This document shows positions 10,401 through 17,924 of a stretch of DNA of 24,362 nt, piece after piece. Source of the stretch: a virus (taxonomy: Duplodnaviria; Caudoviricetes). Under the pieces are notes generated by a model. It made no database searches. It worked only from the letters and a program-made list of their open reading frames with translations, and was not told the origin of the DNA. Where the stretch lies: the IMG/VR virus record IMGVR_UViG_3300029925_000012, positions 1 through 24,362 of that record. One strand, given 5' to 3'. Each line of letters starts with the position of its first letter. Position 1 is the stretch's first letter. Both the position numbers and the translations under genes were made by a program.

Positions 10401-10523
10401 AGCATGTATTTTGATATTACGCGCTGTTCTCAACGCTACGGCGTACGCAGCAGTGTCCACTCTTCCGTATAACGAAGGACCTATCTCCCCCTTAGCAAAG
10501 GACGGTTGAATAAGTGTGGCCAT
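7467..10523 (-). CDS. Tail tubular protein B / nozzle (T7 gp12-like) with four inserted E1-FCCH-like beta-barrel repeats
   Basis: N-terminal QPSFAKGEIGPSLYGRVD, internal FPAAVGYYQQRRVFGG and QEVLAWTTWD, and C-terminal RQRDPLPMTILAI are typical nozzle motifs. Four IxxxTxAxPxxVxxxxHGxxxGD repeats. Confidence 0.9.
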   Translation of the reverse strand: MATLIQPSFAKGEIGPSLYGRVDTAAYAVALRTARNIKIHAHGGASNREGLRFIAPVKDHSNRPVLIDFQFKSVDTYVLEFGNQYMRVIRNDAQVLETEKSISGATIADPVTVTATAHGYSNGDDVFISDVGGMIEINGRWFVVANKTTNAFELTSPYDGTDIDGSDFTAYTSGGDVGKVFELATPFAQADLDQLKWTQSADVLTITHTTYGIREISRTDHNAWTIAEPAFEPDIARPTGLTAIAGVTDEDIYWKYKVTAIKNETFEESLSALSSAAMAISSATAANPVSVTTASPHGLATGDEIEITAMTEMTELVGRRFIITDTGASTFTLNGEDGTSYTPETTGGNSFATFKGTGTLAAPTGAIIPDNTITWNAVADTFRYTVYRAKSGSGEFGFLAETSELTYTDNTVSETLTELSIQPPTARNPFRIAGEFPAAVGYYQQRRVFGGSLNLPDTSDYSQTGNQNNFNKSRPIQADDSIRATLSGRRVNQIRHYVPGRDLVILTDGSEWRVNSGDNSGFAAETLKQEPQTYWGANHMQPIVIGKTVLYVQENNTNVRTLGYQLRVDGYDGTDLNLLAPHIFEEATAISWGFTRSPDPVVHIVRSDGTVATMTFNESQEVLAWTTWDTLGEFKWATAIRPSIAEAGDAAYFVVERSVNGNTVMFIERTASRRFLGVEDAFFVDSGLTFDNPVVITGATSADPVVVTAPSHGFSDGDEVDIEGIKWKTQFDSFDNATNPDQLNGRRYFVADKTANTFALVETEGQRLIIAITQANPGVVSITGHGLVDGDIIALHGVEGMIEANDTIFKVANSTADTFELNTVGDATVNTTGFTTYTNGGSAYNAEDGSEFKVYVSAGNVRKTVTFVFALNHLEGEEVVVLSDGNVVRGLTVAAGKIQLPRKASRVHVGLQYISDIETLNIEAPEGTIQGKKTKISEVTVRFKKSRGLLVGPSSDKLVEMKQREFEKLGQPTQLLTEDKKITLKPDWNSNGRLLLRQRDPLPMTILAIIPEITAEDP

Positions 10524-11129
10524 TTACGTTCTCCCAGAAATCCAGTCTGCGTCTTTAGGACCTTCTTGCATGTCTTCGGCAGCATCTATGGCGGGAGCAG
10601 AACGAGTTAAGCGCAAGAACCGGTCTTCCATTACTTGCTGAAGTTTATCCTTCCCGGTTACGGAGAAAGCTATATGGCCCGCTATCGCGTACGATAATAG
10701 CTCTATGAACATTTCAGAGAACTGAGCAACAATTACTAGATTAAAAGTGTAGATACCTTTTGCAGTTTCTAAATTTGTCATAATAGTTTTTGTTGTCGTG
10801 TCATCGGAACTTTCTATTTTGAAAGGAACCGGAGCAACTAGTGTGCCGAGTGGGTTCTCTAAAAGACGCATTTTTATGCAGTCCGAAGGGTATTGATACC
10901 TGAACGCCCACTCATCTGGTGGGTCGTCATTATGAGTTGCTAGTATTATTCTTCTACGAGCAAAACTCCAATCCATGATAGCTAGAGTTTGTCTACGGCT
11001 GAAGTCGTACCATAAATCACAAGCTTGAGCCTCAGAACTACCTTCGGAAAGGCTCTCTATACCTGACGCGCCTATATGAGAGAGCGCTAAAGAGCATATT
11101 TTTGGTTCGCTAAAAGATACTGTAGCCAT
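10524..11129 (-). CDS. Tail tubular protein A / head-tail adaptor (T7 gp11-like)
   Basis: Motifs ICSLALSHIG, WSFARRR and YQYPSDC. 201 aa, directly upstream of the nozzle gene. Confidence 0.9.
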   Translation of the reverse strand: MATVSFSEPKICSLALSHIGASGIESLSEGSSEAQACDLWYDFSRRQTLAIMDWSFARRRIILATHNDDPPDEWAFRYQYPSDCIKMRLLENPLGTLVAPVPFKIESSDDTTTKTIMTNLETAKGIYTFNLVIVAQFSEMFIELLSYAIAGHIAFSVTGKDKLQQVMEDRFLRLTRSAPAIDAAEDMQEGPKDADWISGRT

Positions 11130-11137
11130 GTCTTGCC

Positions 11138-11171
11138 CTCAAACGAGATGAAGCGGTATCACGTGATACCA
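11138..11171. repeat. Left arm of a 34-bp inverted repeat (partner 14051-14084), containing the perfect palindrome GGTATCACGTGATACC at 11155-11170
   Basis: ctcaaacgagatgaagcggtatcacgtgatacca versus the reverse complement of 14051-14084, ctcatacgagatgaagcggtatcacgtgatgcca: 32/34 identical. Intergenic. Confidence 0.93.
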
Positions 11172-11185
11172 CCCCAAGATTAAGT

Positions 11186-11677
11186 TTATTTTTTAAATGT
11201 TTTTGTTTTTCTTTTTCGCTCCGGTTTAGTACTTTCCATTCCACACATTGGCGCTTCTTCAACCACTTCGGCCTTTGTGTTATCTCCAGCTTTTAATGCG
11301 GCTAGTTCTTTTTTAAGTTCCTTTGTTTCAGCTTTAGCTTCATCTTCAGCTTTCTCAGCTTCATCAGCGGCTCGGTTTGCTTCTTTAGTTCTTTCTTCCT
11401 GACCTTTAAGCCGGTTTTGGAGAAGGTTTACATCGCTTTGCGATACAGCAAGAGCTGTTTTATTCGAAGTTAATCTAGCAAGATCAACAGCATCGTTTTC
11501 TTCTGCGATACGTTGTTCTTCCTCCTCCCCGATATAATCGTCGTCCAGAACTTCAGCACTTTTGGGTAGCACATCTATCAACCCGTCAGGAACATCTCTA
11601 CAAATCCCGACAGGAAATCGAGACCTATGTATGTTCGGGACTACAAATCTATTTTTGAACCTTACGATCTTTGGCAT
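11186..11677 (-). CDS. Hypothetical protein with acidic/coiled-coil middle and basic C-terminal tail
   Basis: 163-aa ORF with an upstream AGGGG RBS, in the slot between the cement and adaptor genes. Confidence 0.75.
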   Translation of the reverse strand: MPKIVRFKNRFVVPNIHRSRFPVGICRDVPDGLIDVLPKSAEVLDDDYIGEEEEQRIAEENDAVDLARLTSNKTALAVSQSDVNLLQNRLKGQEERTKEANRAADEAEKAEDEAKAETKELKKELAALKAGDNTKAEVVEEAPMCGMESTKPERKRKTKTFKK

Positions 11678-11705
11678 TATTTTTCCCCTAGATAGGATGA
11701 GAAGT

Positions 11706-11729
11706 AAGGGGGAGCCTAAACTCCCCCCC
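11706..11729 (-). terminator. GC-rich hairpin after the capsid/cement genes (weak terminator or 3' stabiliser)
   Basis: Minus-strand GGGGGAG-UUUAGG-CUCCCCC stem, extendable by G-U pairs, 8 nt past the cement stop. It has no good poly-U tail. Confidence 0.6.
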
Positions 11730-11737
11730 AGATTATC

Positions 11738-12211
11738 TTAGTTATCAGCGTCAGCATAAGACTTCCAACCGTGCTTATCAGGCGTCAGGAAGGCGTTGAT
11801 AGCCCCTGCGGTAGTAGTCGTAGTCGCTGTAATTGCCAAGATGCCGAGAAACTGCTCATATGCCCTACCCTCAAGAGGGATTTGGATAAAAGCGATAGTG
11901 CCTCCGACATTAAGTTCGGCGTCATTAGCACCTGCGTCGTCAGTTACAAAAGTACCTGTGTCAAAATGAACAGTAGCTGTGCCATTCGTGGCAATAGCTG
12001 CTTGAGCATCTGAGACAAGTTGGAACTTTACAGTCCCTGCTGTACCGCCAGTGATGATCTCAGTAGTCGTCTGGATCATCAGATACATACTCTCGCCGTT
12101 ACCGATATCTCGAGCAACGCCAAGGTCAATAACATCGCCAATCAGAGCCGTACCAGCAGAAGCAGCTACAGATACAGCATCAGCGAATTCAAGTGTTTCG
12201 TCTAAAATCAT
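11738..12211 (-). CDS. Capsid cement/decoration protein, Bbp16-like
   Basis: MILDETLEF...DVIDLGVARDIGNGE...TAGAINAFL pattern, beta-rich, immediately downstream of the MCP gene. Confidence 0.88.
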   Translation of the reverse strand: MILDETLEFADAVSVAASAGTALIGDVIDLGVARDIGNGESMYLMIQTTTEIITGGTAGTVKFQLVSDAQAAIATNGTATVHFDTGTFVTDDAGANDAELNVGGTIAFIQIPLEGRAYEQFLGILAITATTTTTAGAINAFLTPDKHGWKSYADADN

Positions 12212-12234
12212 TTTACGGTCCTTTCATTCACCGA

Positions 12235-13263
12235 TTATGTCAACAGAGTTTCATCAGCTGCCAGAGCATCTACGCGCTTAACAGGGATACCGTTGAACAT
12301 AGTAATCATCTTGCCTCCAAAATTCTCCATAGTCAGAGTAGAATTCTGAACACCTGATGCGTTCTGTTGACGTAGAGTAGTCAGTATATCCCGAGACATA
12401 TAGAACACCGGGCGACCAGCGCTCAGGTTAGGGATAAGGTTCATGGCTTGGAACATCAAGTCAGGAAGATTAGCGGAAGAACCACTAAACACACCGGCAT
12501 TATAAGTGCTGCTGAGAGCAGACTTATCAATGTTAGCGATACGAACTACATAACGCCAGTCACGAACTGTCAAACCCGCATCAAAGCGATAATGCGTCCG
12601 GTACGCTTCCATGCGACCTGTATGTCCACCTGTCAAGGACGCGTCCTCAAGAGTAACAACACCTTTGTCTTCCATCTGAAGACCGGCAGTGGACCCTTTA
12701 GGGATAATCCCATGGACAGTATTTTCACCCCAGACCATCAGCCAAATACTGGCATTGTCTGAACCAGCACCAGCACCGTCAAGAATATTGTCGGAGTTTG
12801 CATCGCCAGTAAGGTTAGCAAATCGAGGAGCAAAACCTGTGAACTCTTCAGGGGCCAAACTTTCATCACCGAAGAATAAAGTATCTGCAATTTCTTGACT
12901 GATACCTTCGATATGAGGTCTGTCTTCCTGAAGACGGAAAGCAGCAGTATTGCCGTTAAGGTCGGCAGCTGCTTTATCGATTTCCGCATAGTCTTCCAAC
13001 ATACCGGTATTATCAGTGACCTGTACAGTGGTTGACTTGGTAGGCTGGACGCCTCCATACATTTTACGCCATGTAGGGACGGGGATACCCGAACGAATAG
13101 AGGACCTATGGCCTGTTGGAAGATTTCCTTCTACCCAAACCATGTCATCAAGGATTTCGTTAGTTTCGTTTAGGATCTCCACAATTGTGGCGATGCTCCC
13201 GTCTGGATCAGTCGCTTTCGCGATGTCCAGCAAGGTTGGTCTACGTGCTTCTAAGGTAGCCAT
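12235..13263 (-). CDS. Major capsid protein (Bbp17-like HK97-fold variant)
   Basis: 342 aa. Motifs IVEILNETNEILDDM, GNLPTGH, PEEFTGFAPRF, GLTVRDWRYVVRIANID and FNGIPVKRVDAL. Lies between scaffold and cement. Confidence 0.94.
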   Translation of the reverse strand: MATLEARRPTLLDIAKATDPDGSIATIVEILNETNEILDDMVWVEGNLPTGHRSSIRSGIPVPTWRKMYGGVQPTKSTTVQVTDNTGMLEDYAEIDKAAADLNGNTAAFRLQEDRPHIEGISQEIADTLFFGDESLAPEEFTGFAPRFANLTGDANSDNILDGAGAGSDNASIWLMVWGENTVHGIIPKGSTAGLQMEDKGVVTLEDASLTGGHTGRMEAYRTHYRFDAGLTVRDWRYVVRIANIDKSALSSTYNAGVFSGSSANLPDLMFQAMNLIPNLSAGRPVFYMSRDILTTLRQQNASGVQNSTLTMENFGGKMITMFNGIPVKRVDALAADETLLT

Positions 13264-13299
13264 TTGCTAACCCCTTTCAAAGTTAATTGCTAGGGAGAG

Positions 13300-14034
13300 C
13301 TACTTTTTACCTTGGTTCGGAAACATTCTATCAGCTTGAGAAATTTCTTTCTTTTCGCCACCCATACCAAAGTCAATCGTATCTTCTCCGATCATTTTGC
13401 CTATTCTGGCAAACGCTTTAATGAACGCGGGATGATTTCCCGCCCCAGTTTCTTCCATAGCTTTTTCAAGATCTCCTTCAACTCCGAGGTCTCTCATAGC
13501 TCTCTTAGCAAACCCAACAGTAGCATCAAACTTACCCTTACCGAATTCAGGATCATTTTTGATCTCATCGATATGTTTTGTAGTTTGGTCTTCATACGCC
13601 TGTACTTGAGACTGAAGTACCGCCGCTTGGATTTTAGGCACAAGACCAGCAACTTGCTGAGCTTGGCTTTGGCTGAGATTTAACTCCCTTGCGATAGGAA
13701 TAAACTCATCCATAAGAACTTGATCAATCTCGACGCCCTTAGGCATCTCAAAAGCTTCATACTTTTCAGGAGCGCCACCCTCATCGCCGTCAGCATTCTT
13801 ATCGCTGTCCTTCGATTTCTCGTCAGCATCACCTTTGCTTTTAGACTTATCGTCCTCAGCGTCTTTACCTTTGGCGTCTCCGCCTTCGGCTTCTTTACCT
13901 TTGGCGTCTCCGCCTTCAGCATCCTTGTCAGTGGCAGTAAGAATAGTTTCTTTCCCGCCACTTTGTTCCTGTCCCCCTTCAGAGCTTCCGCCCTCTCCCC
14001 CTTCATTCCCTACAATTTCCTCGGCCATTGTCAT
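13300..14034 (-). CDS. Capsid scaffolding/assembly protein
   Basis: Acidic low-complexity N-terminus, APEKYEAF, ARELNLSQSQAQ, GAGNHPAFIKAFARIGKMIGED, and C-terminal ADRMFP. Start is 14034 or, better spaced from the RBS, 14028. Confidence 0.88.
   Translation of the reverse strand: MTMAEEIVGNEGGEGGSSEGGQEQSGGKETILTATDKDAEGGDAKGKEAEGGDAKGKDAEDDKSKSKGDADEKSKDSDKNADGDEGGAPEKYEAFEMPKGVEIDQVLMDEFIPIARELNLSQSQAQQVAGLVPKIQAAVLQSQVQAYEDQTTKHIDEIKNDPEFGKGKFDATVGFAKRAMRDLGVEGDLEKAMEETGAGNHPAFIKAFARIGKMIGEDTIDFGMGGEKKEISQADRMFPNQGKK
13862..13920. repeat. 30-bp tandem repeat x2 in the scaffold gene
   Basis: tctttacctttggcgtctccgccttc(g/a)gc duplicated, encoding AEGGDAKGK(E/D) twice. Confidence 0.9.
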
Positions 14035-14369
14035 TCCCCTTTGCTTTTTATGGCATCACGTGATACCGCTTCATCTCGTATGAGTATATACGCCTTAGGA
14101 TCTGCTGTCAACATTTGTTGGATGATCCATCCACCTACCTCTCTCTTACCTTCTAGGTGATTTAGGTAGTTATTATCACCGCGAAATCCGAAATCATAAA
14201 GATGACATTCACTGAGCAATCTCCATATGAATTCTCGAACGTGATAGTTCTCTAAAATTAACTTAAGATTTTCACGGTCGACATGATCTTTATTTCTGTG
14301 TTTAGCTTTCGCCTCTTTCACCTGATCTACGTCACCGACGTCTTTAGGCGCTTTATTTTTCTTCCCCAT
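14031..14369 (-). CDS. Bbp19-like small head-region protein
   Basis: 112 aa. The VREFIWRLLSECHLY...LEGKREVG pattern is typical of the small gene preceding the scaffold in BPP-1-like phages. AGGAG RBS. Confidence 0.8.
   Translation of the reverse strand: MGKKNKAPKDVGDVDQVKEAKAKHRNKDHVDRENLKLILENYHVREFIWRLLSECHLYDFGFRGDNNYLNHLEGKREVGGWIIQQMLTADPKAYILIRDEAVSRDAIKSKGE
14051..14084. repeat. Right arm of the 34-bp inverted repeat, containing palindrome copy GGCATCACGTGATACC at 14052-14067
   Basis: Reverse complement of 11138-11171 (32/34). Lies in the 3' end of the Bbp19-like gene (LIRDEAVSRDA), about 17 nt upstream of the scaffold start. Confidence 0.93.
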
Positions 14370-14383
14370 TCTCTTTCTCCTTC

Positions 14384-14713
14384 TTATGCAAATAATATAA
14401 ACCCAGCTACCGTAGCGGCAGAACCTTCAACCGCTTTCACTGTTAATCTAGCTTCTGAAGCAACTCCCTCGAATATAGGCGATAAGCCCTTCCCGACCAC
14501 CATAACCCCAGTATCAAACCAATCTGTTCCGTTTGGGGAAACTTCTAACGTTATACGGTTATTAGTACTGCCCCCCGACATAGATTTAATATAGACAGTA
14601 GCCTTAGTCGCTCCTTCGGGCACCTTAATAGGGTCAGACGACGATATAGTGTTAGCGTTTATCGATACCGCGCCAGAGGTAGTAAACGGGGAACTAGATC
14701 CTGATACAGGCAT
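14384..14713 (-). CDS. Hypothetical beta-rich putative structural protein
   Basis: ORF track gives 14384-14731. The ATG at 14713 (MPVSGSS), just after the upstream stop, is more likely. ITLEVSPNGTDWFD motif, jelly-roll-like. Confidence 0.65.
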   Translation of the reverse strand: MPVSGSSSPFTTSGAVSINANTISSSDPIKVPEGATKATVYIKSMSGGSTNNRITLEVSPNGTDWFDTGVMVVGKGLSPIFEGVASEARLTVKAVEGSAATVAGFILFA

Positions 14714-14714
14714 C

Positions 14715-15044
14715 TTAAAACTCCGTCGCAAAATAAGTGGGAGCAGTCGCCCCTAATACTGTTATAATAGATATTTCTCCGGTATACATATTATCTGGGG
14801 GCAGTTCATATGTCCCGCCTTTTGGAACAATAATACCTTTTTTTATAGTAGGATCAGTTGCTGCATCTTGTAAACGTATAAACGCATCATGCCCAGACAC
14901 AGATATAGCCATGTATATTCGACTAGAGTTTGCTGGTAATACCGTTTCAGCCGTAGTCCCGACTGTCATAGTAGTCCCGGTGCTTACAACAGCAGTATCA
15001 TTTGTATTTAAATTACGTCCAATCGCTAAAACCATATCAAACAT
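14715..15044 (-). CDS. Hypothetical small beta-rich putative structural protein
   Basis: 109 aa. TVGTTAETVLPANSSR...GIIVPKGGTYEL...YTGEISII pattern. GAGG RBS within the upstream gene. Confidence 0.7.
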   Translation of the reverse strand: MFDMVLAIGRNLNTNDTAVVSTGTTMTVGTTAETVLPANSSRIYMAISVSGHDAFIRLQDAATDPTIKKGIIVPKGGTYELPPDNMYTGEISIITVLGATAPTYFATEF

Positions 15045-15975
15045 CCACCTCTAGTATCGATATAAATACTGATGTAGGAGCAGCTACATTACTCGACCTA
15101 GCAATGATTTTTAGATCTGTTCCTGCGGGTAAGGCGGTCAAACCTTTATCAAACTCTGATACAAAAGAATTCTGATAAGCACTCAATTCTCCCGAAACTG
15201 TAAAACCATCACTACTGGTTCTACGAAGTAACGCCCTGAGTATCGCATCTTGCCCTTTAGCTACATTCGTTGTAATAGATATTATAAAGCCTATTTTGTT
15301 CGCAGGAACAGTATAATGCACATCTAACGAAGTATTCTGCCCGATAGGGTCAGCAGGAACAATTACATCTCTTATTATTTTACATCTAGGGCTTCCTCCC
15401 CCTGATACCCTAATGTCAATATTACCTTGATTTTCTAACGTAGACCCCCACGTCGCCACACGACATCTAATAGCCCTAAAAGCATCCGTAGCTACAAATG
15501 TTACTGGAGTAGTCCCGTTCATATTTAAAATTTCAGTTTGCTCGACAAGGGCATCATCTAGATATGTCATTGTGACAGTACGTGCTCCTGTTCCTGTTGT
15601 GTCAGTATCATCAGCGCTATCACTTACGATTTCCCACGTTTCTCCAGCAGTAGGATATACGAGCGTACCCCCGACGTCCCAAATATCTTCGAAACTTGTG
15701 CCAACACTAGGATTACTACCGACTAGCTGTATCGACTTAAACCCGGGAACATTCCCTCTAGCTACCTCGACCCAGAAATCATTTGTGTGCTGAAAGACGG
15801 GTAAAGATACAGGTAAACGGTACACCCCATTAACGAACGCCAAACTAACTCTAGCATCCAAAACATTAGGATCAGCTATCGACGTAGAATACCGATATTT
15901 ATCGACTGTAGCACCGTCGACAGTGGGTTGCACTAGCGTTGCGTCAGCTCCACCTAATGACTTCTGATCGGCCAT
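15037..15975 (-). CDS. Hypothetical phage structural protein (beta-rich, Thr/Asp-rich)
   Basis: 312 aa with an AAGGA RBS. Contains GSNPSVGTSFEDIW...SDSADDTDTTGTGARTV, a pattern I recall from uncharacterised phage proteins. Confidence 0.7.
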   Translation of the reverse strand: MADQKSLGGADATLVQPTVDGATVDKYRYSTSIADPNVLDARVSLAFVNGVYRLPVSLPVFQHTNDFWVEVARGNVPGFKSIQLVGSNPSVGTSFEDIWDVGGTLVYPTAGETWEIVSDSADDTDTTGTGARTVTMTYLDDALVEQTEILNMNGTTPVTFVATDAFRAIRCRVATWGSTLENQGNIDIRVSGGGSPRCKIIRDVIVPADPIGQNTSLDVHYTVPANKIGFIISITTNVAKGQDAILRALLRRTSSDGFTVSGELSAYQNSFVSEFDKGLTALPAGTDLKIIARSSNVAAPTSVFISILEVDV

Positions 15976-15984
15976 TTTAATTCC

Positions 15985-17658
15985 TTACTGTCTATTGATT
16001 TGGTCTATCGCTGCCGAAACTGGCGTATTCTCGTCTAGATTAACTTGGCCCGCGCTAGCTGCTGCCCTAGCTAATTGTTCGGACAACTCTACACCCGAGG
16101 CTATCTGGGCTTGCTGTGCTTCTGCGTCACGACTCGCAGCTACGTCATCATCGCTCGTTACAAGTTCAGGCGGAACACCAGTTAGCTCAGCGAATTTCTT
16201 ATGAGCTGCGTCACCGTTGAATTTCTTACCATCGGACAAACCGGACGATACGAGACCTGCGGAAAACTGAGCATATCTTTCAATAGGCCGAGTATCAACA
16301 GCCCTCTGTGCTAACGCCAGAGATGACACATAGTTCACCTTAAGAGGTTCTCCCGCTATCTCTTGCGGTGGAGGAGGAACCAACCCACGGCGAACCATCT
16401 GATTAAAGGTACGAGAAATCAATTGATCGAGAAATTCTTCTTGAACACTTTCTAACGCTGGCCCTAATTGCAATAGTCTTTCTGCGTCTACCTTATTCAA
16501 CTCTAATTCGTTCCGAGGTTGAATGCCTTCCATATCCGTAATAGCCAAAAATAGATCTACAAAAAATCCTCTATCAATACGGCGTTCTACTTTTTCTATT
16601 TTGGCTTCTAATTGTTGCAGAGGTAGGTTGACATTATAGATAGGCTCCAGTTTATTCCGTGATGGATCTCCGTCATAGAGAGTTAGGCCACCGGGTAGAG
16701 AACTAACAGGAGACTGCCTCAGAGAAGCTGGCCCTGTCAATGGGGGGTTCACCATCTTATCTAGTCCTTGCGCCCCTCTCTTCTCCATGATTTGGAGTTG
16801 CTTGACGTCACCCAGAGTAGTCATGCCCGGGCAGTCTGTAGCGTAGGTATCTTCACCCGTCACAGCCCACCTAGGAACATACACAGGAAAATCGTCAAAC
16901 CCACTTTGGCTTAAGAACATATCTTTATTCGTATTACCGGCCTCGTACTTTGCCGACCTAAACTTCTTAAATGTGGCAAGTCTGTTCTCGGGTCTAAAGT
17001 CGTCATTGGGTTCTATGATATGCGTTACCGGAAACATTGCAGATAAGTTATTCTGATCAAGCATTTTTGTAGCCGATAAGCTTAACTTATCTTTCCCGAA
17101 TTCTAGCGCCATCTGTTCGACAGACATCATGTACTCGCGAATAAGAGTATTAGCGATTAATCTATCATCCGTACCTATCATGTACGCCCCAACAGTATGC
17201 GTATAAAACCTAGCTACATCTCTTTCATCGTCTACGTGTGTCATGCACCCAGTGCCGAAAAGAAGAAATTCTTTTAGCATAACCGGTGCCATGTTGTATA
17301 GATTACTCGCGTTAAATATACCGCGCATAATCATTTCATTTTGTTTTAACCAGATCTTCACCGGTCTGAATTCAGTTAGTTCTGGATCAGCCACAGCTAG
17401 TTCAAACCAAGGGCGAGCCGGAGACATAGTTCCCGCGAATAGCCCAGATGTAGCAGTATTGAGAGCCTGTGTGCCCTTGCTGTTTATGATGAACTGGTGA
17501 CGTTTCTCACCTCTGTCTACGTCAGTCACCTCAAAGCGCCCACGACGGGGACTTACGTTCTGAGATAGATCTTTGTAGTGAGAAATGAAACTACTTCGTT
17601 TAAGTCTTAACTGACCTTTGCGCCGTTCAAAGTAATCTCTTAATACATGCTCTGACAT
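15985..17658 (-). CDS. Portal protein / head-to-tail connector (T7 gp8/Bbp21-like)
   Basis: 557 aa. Motifs GTMSPARPWF, VPRWAVTGEDTYATDCPGM, LGDVKQLQ, ERLLQLGPALE and VNYVSSLALAQ. Confidence 0.94.
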   Translation of the reverse strand: MSEHVLRDYFERRKGQLRLKRSSFISHYKDLSQNVSPRRGRFEVTDVDRGEKRHQFIINSKGTQALNTATSGLFAGTMSPARPWFELAVADPELTEFRPVKIWLKQNEMIMRGIFNASNLYNMAPVMLKEFLLFGTGCMTHVDDERDVARFYTHTVGAYMIGTDDRLIANTLIREYMMSVEQMALEFGKDKLSLSATKMLDQNNLSAMFPVTHIIEPNDDFRPENRLATFKKFRSAKYEAGNTNKDMFLSQSGFDDFPVYVPRWAVTGEDTYATDCPGMTTLGDVKQLQIMEKRGAQGLDKMVNPPLTGPASLRQSPVSSLPGGLTLYDGDPSRNKLEPIYNVNLPLQQLEAKIEKVERRIDRGFFVDLFLAITDMEGIQPRNELELNKVDAERLLQLGPALESVQEEFLDQLISRTFNQMVRRGLVPPPPQEIAGEPLKVNYVSSLALAQRAVDTRPIERYAQFSAGLVSSGLSDGKKFNGDAAHKKFAELTGVPPELVTSDDDVAASRDAEAQQAQIASGVELSEQLARAAASAGQVNLDENTPVSAAIDQINRQ

Positions 17659-17661
17659 TTT

Positions 17662-17910
17662 TTATTGTCCTAGTAGAGTTTTCTTGGCGCGTGACGGCGC
17701 TTCAGTAATAAGACCTAGCGCACCTCCTGAGGTCAATATAGTACTTGGCCGTCCCCCCGCAGCCAATCTACTTACTGATGCTCTAGCTTGCCTCGACGCT
17801 ACCACTGAAGGATCTTGCGCTGTTGGCGCTGCTGGTGTAGGAGGTGGAGCCTCTGGAGCCGCAGGAGCAGGAGGAGGTTTAGGAACTGAAGGTTTACTGA
17901 AAACACACAC
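17662..17910 (-). CDS. Small Pro-rich virion protein upstream of portal (T7 gp6.7/gp7.3-like slot)
   Basis: 82 aa with an AGGAG RBS. MCVFSKP N-terminus, Pro/Ala tract, STILT motif and KKTLLG C-terminus. Confidence 0.8.
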   Translation of the reverse strand: MCVFSKPSVPKPPPAPAAPEAPPPTPAAPTAQDPSVVASRQARASVSRLAAGGRPSTILTSGGALGLITEAPSRAKKTLLGQ

Positions 17911-17924
17911 TATTTAATCTCCTT

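Noticed and set aside
7467-10523. Ubiquitin-activating (E1) system suggested by the FCCH-like repeats
   Set aside because: The repeats are structural modules inside a nozzle protein, and no adenylation domain, E2 or ubiquitin-like gene is present
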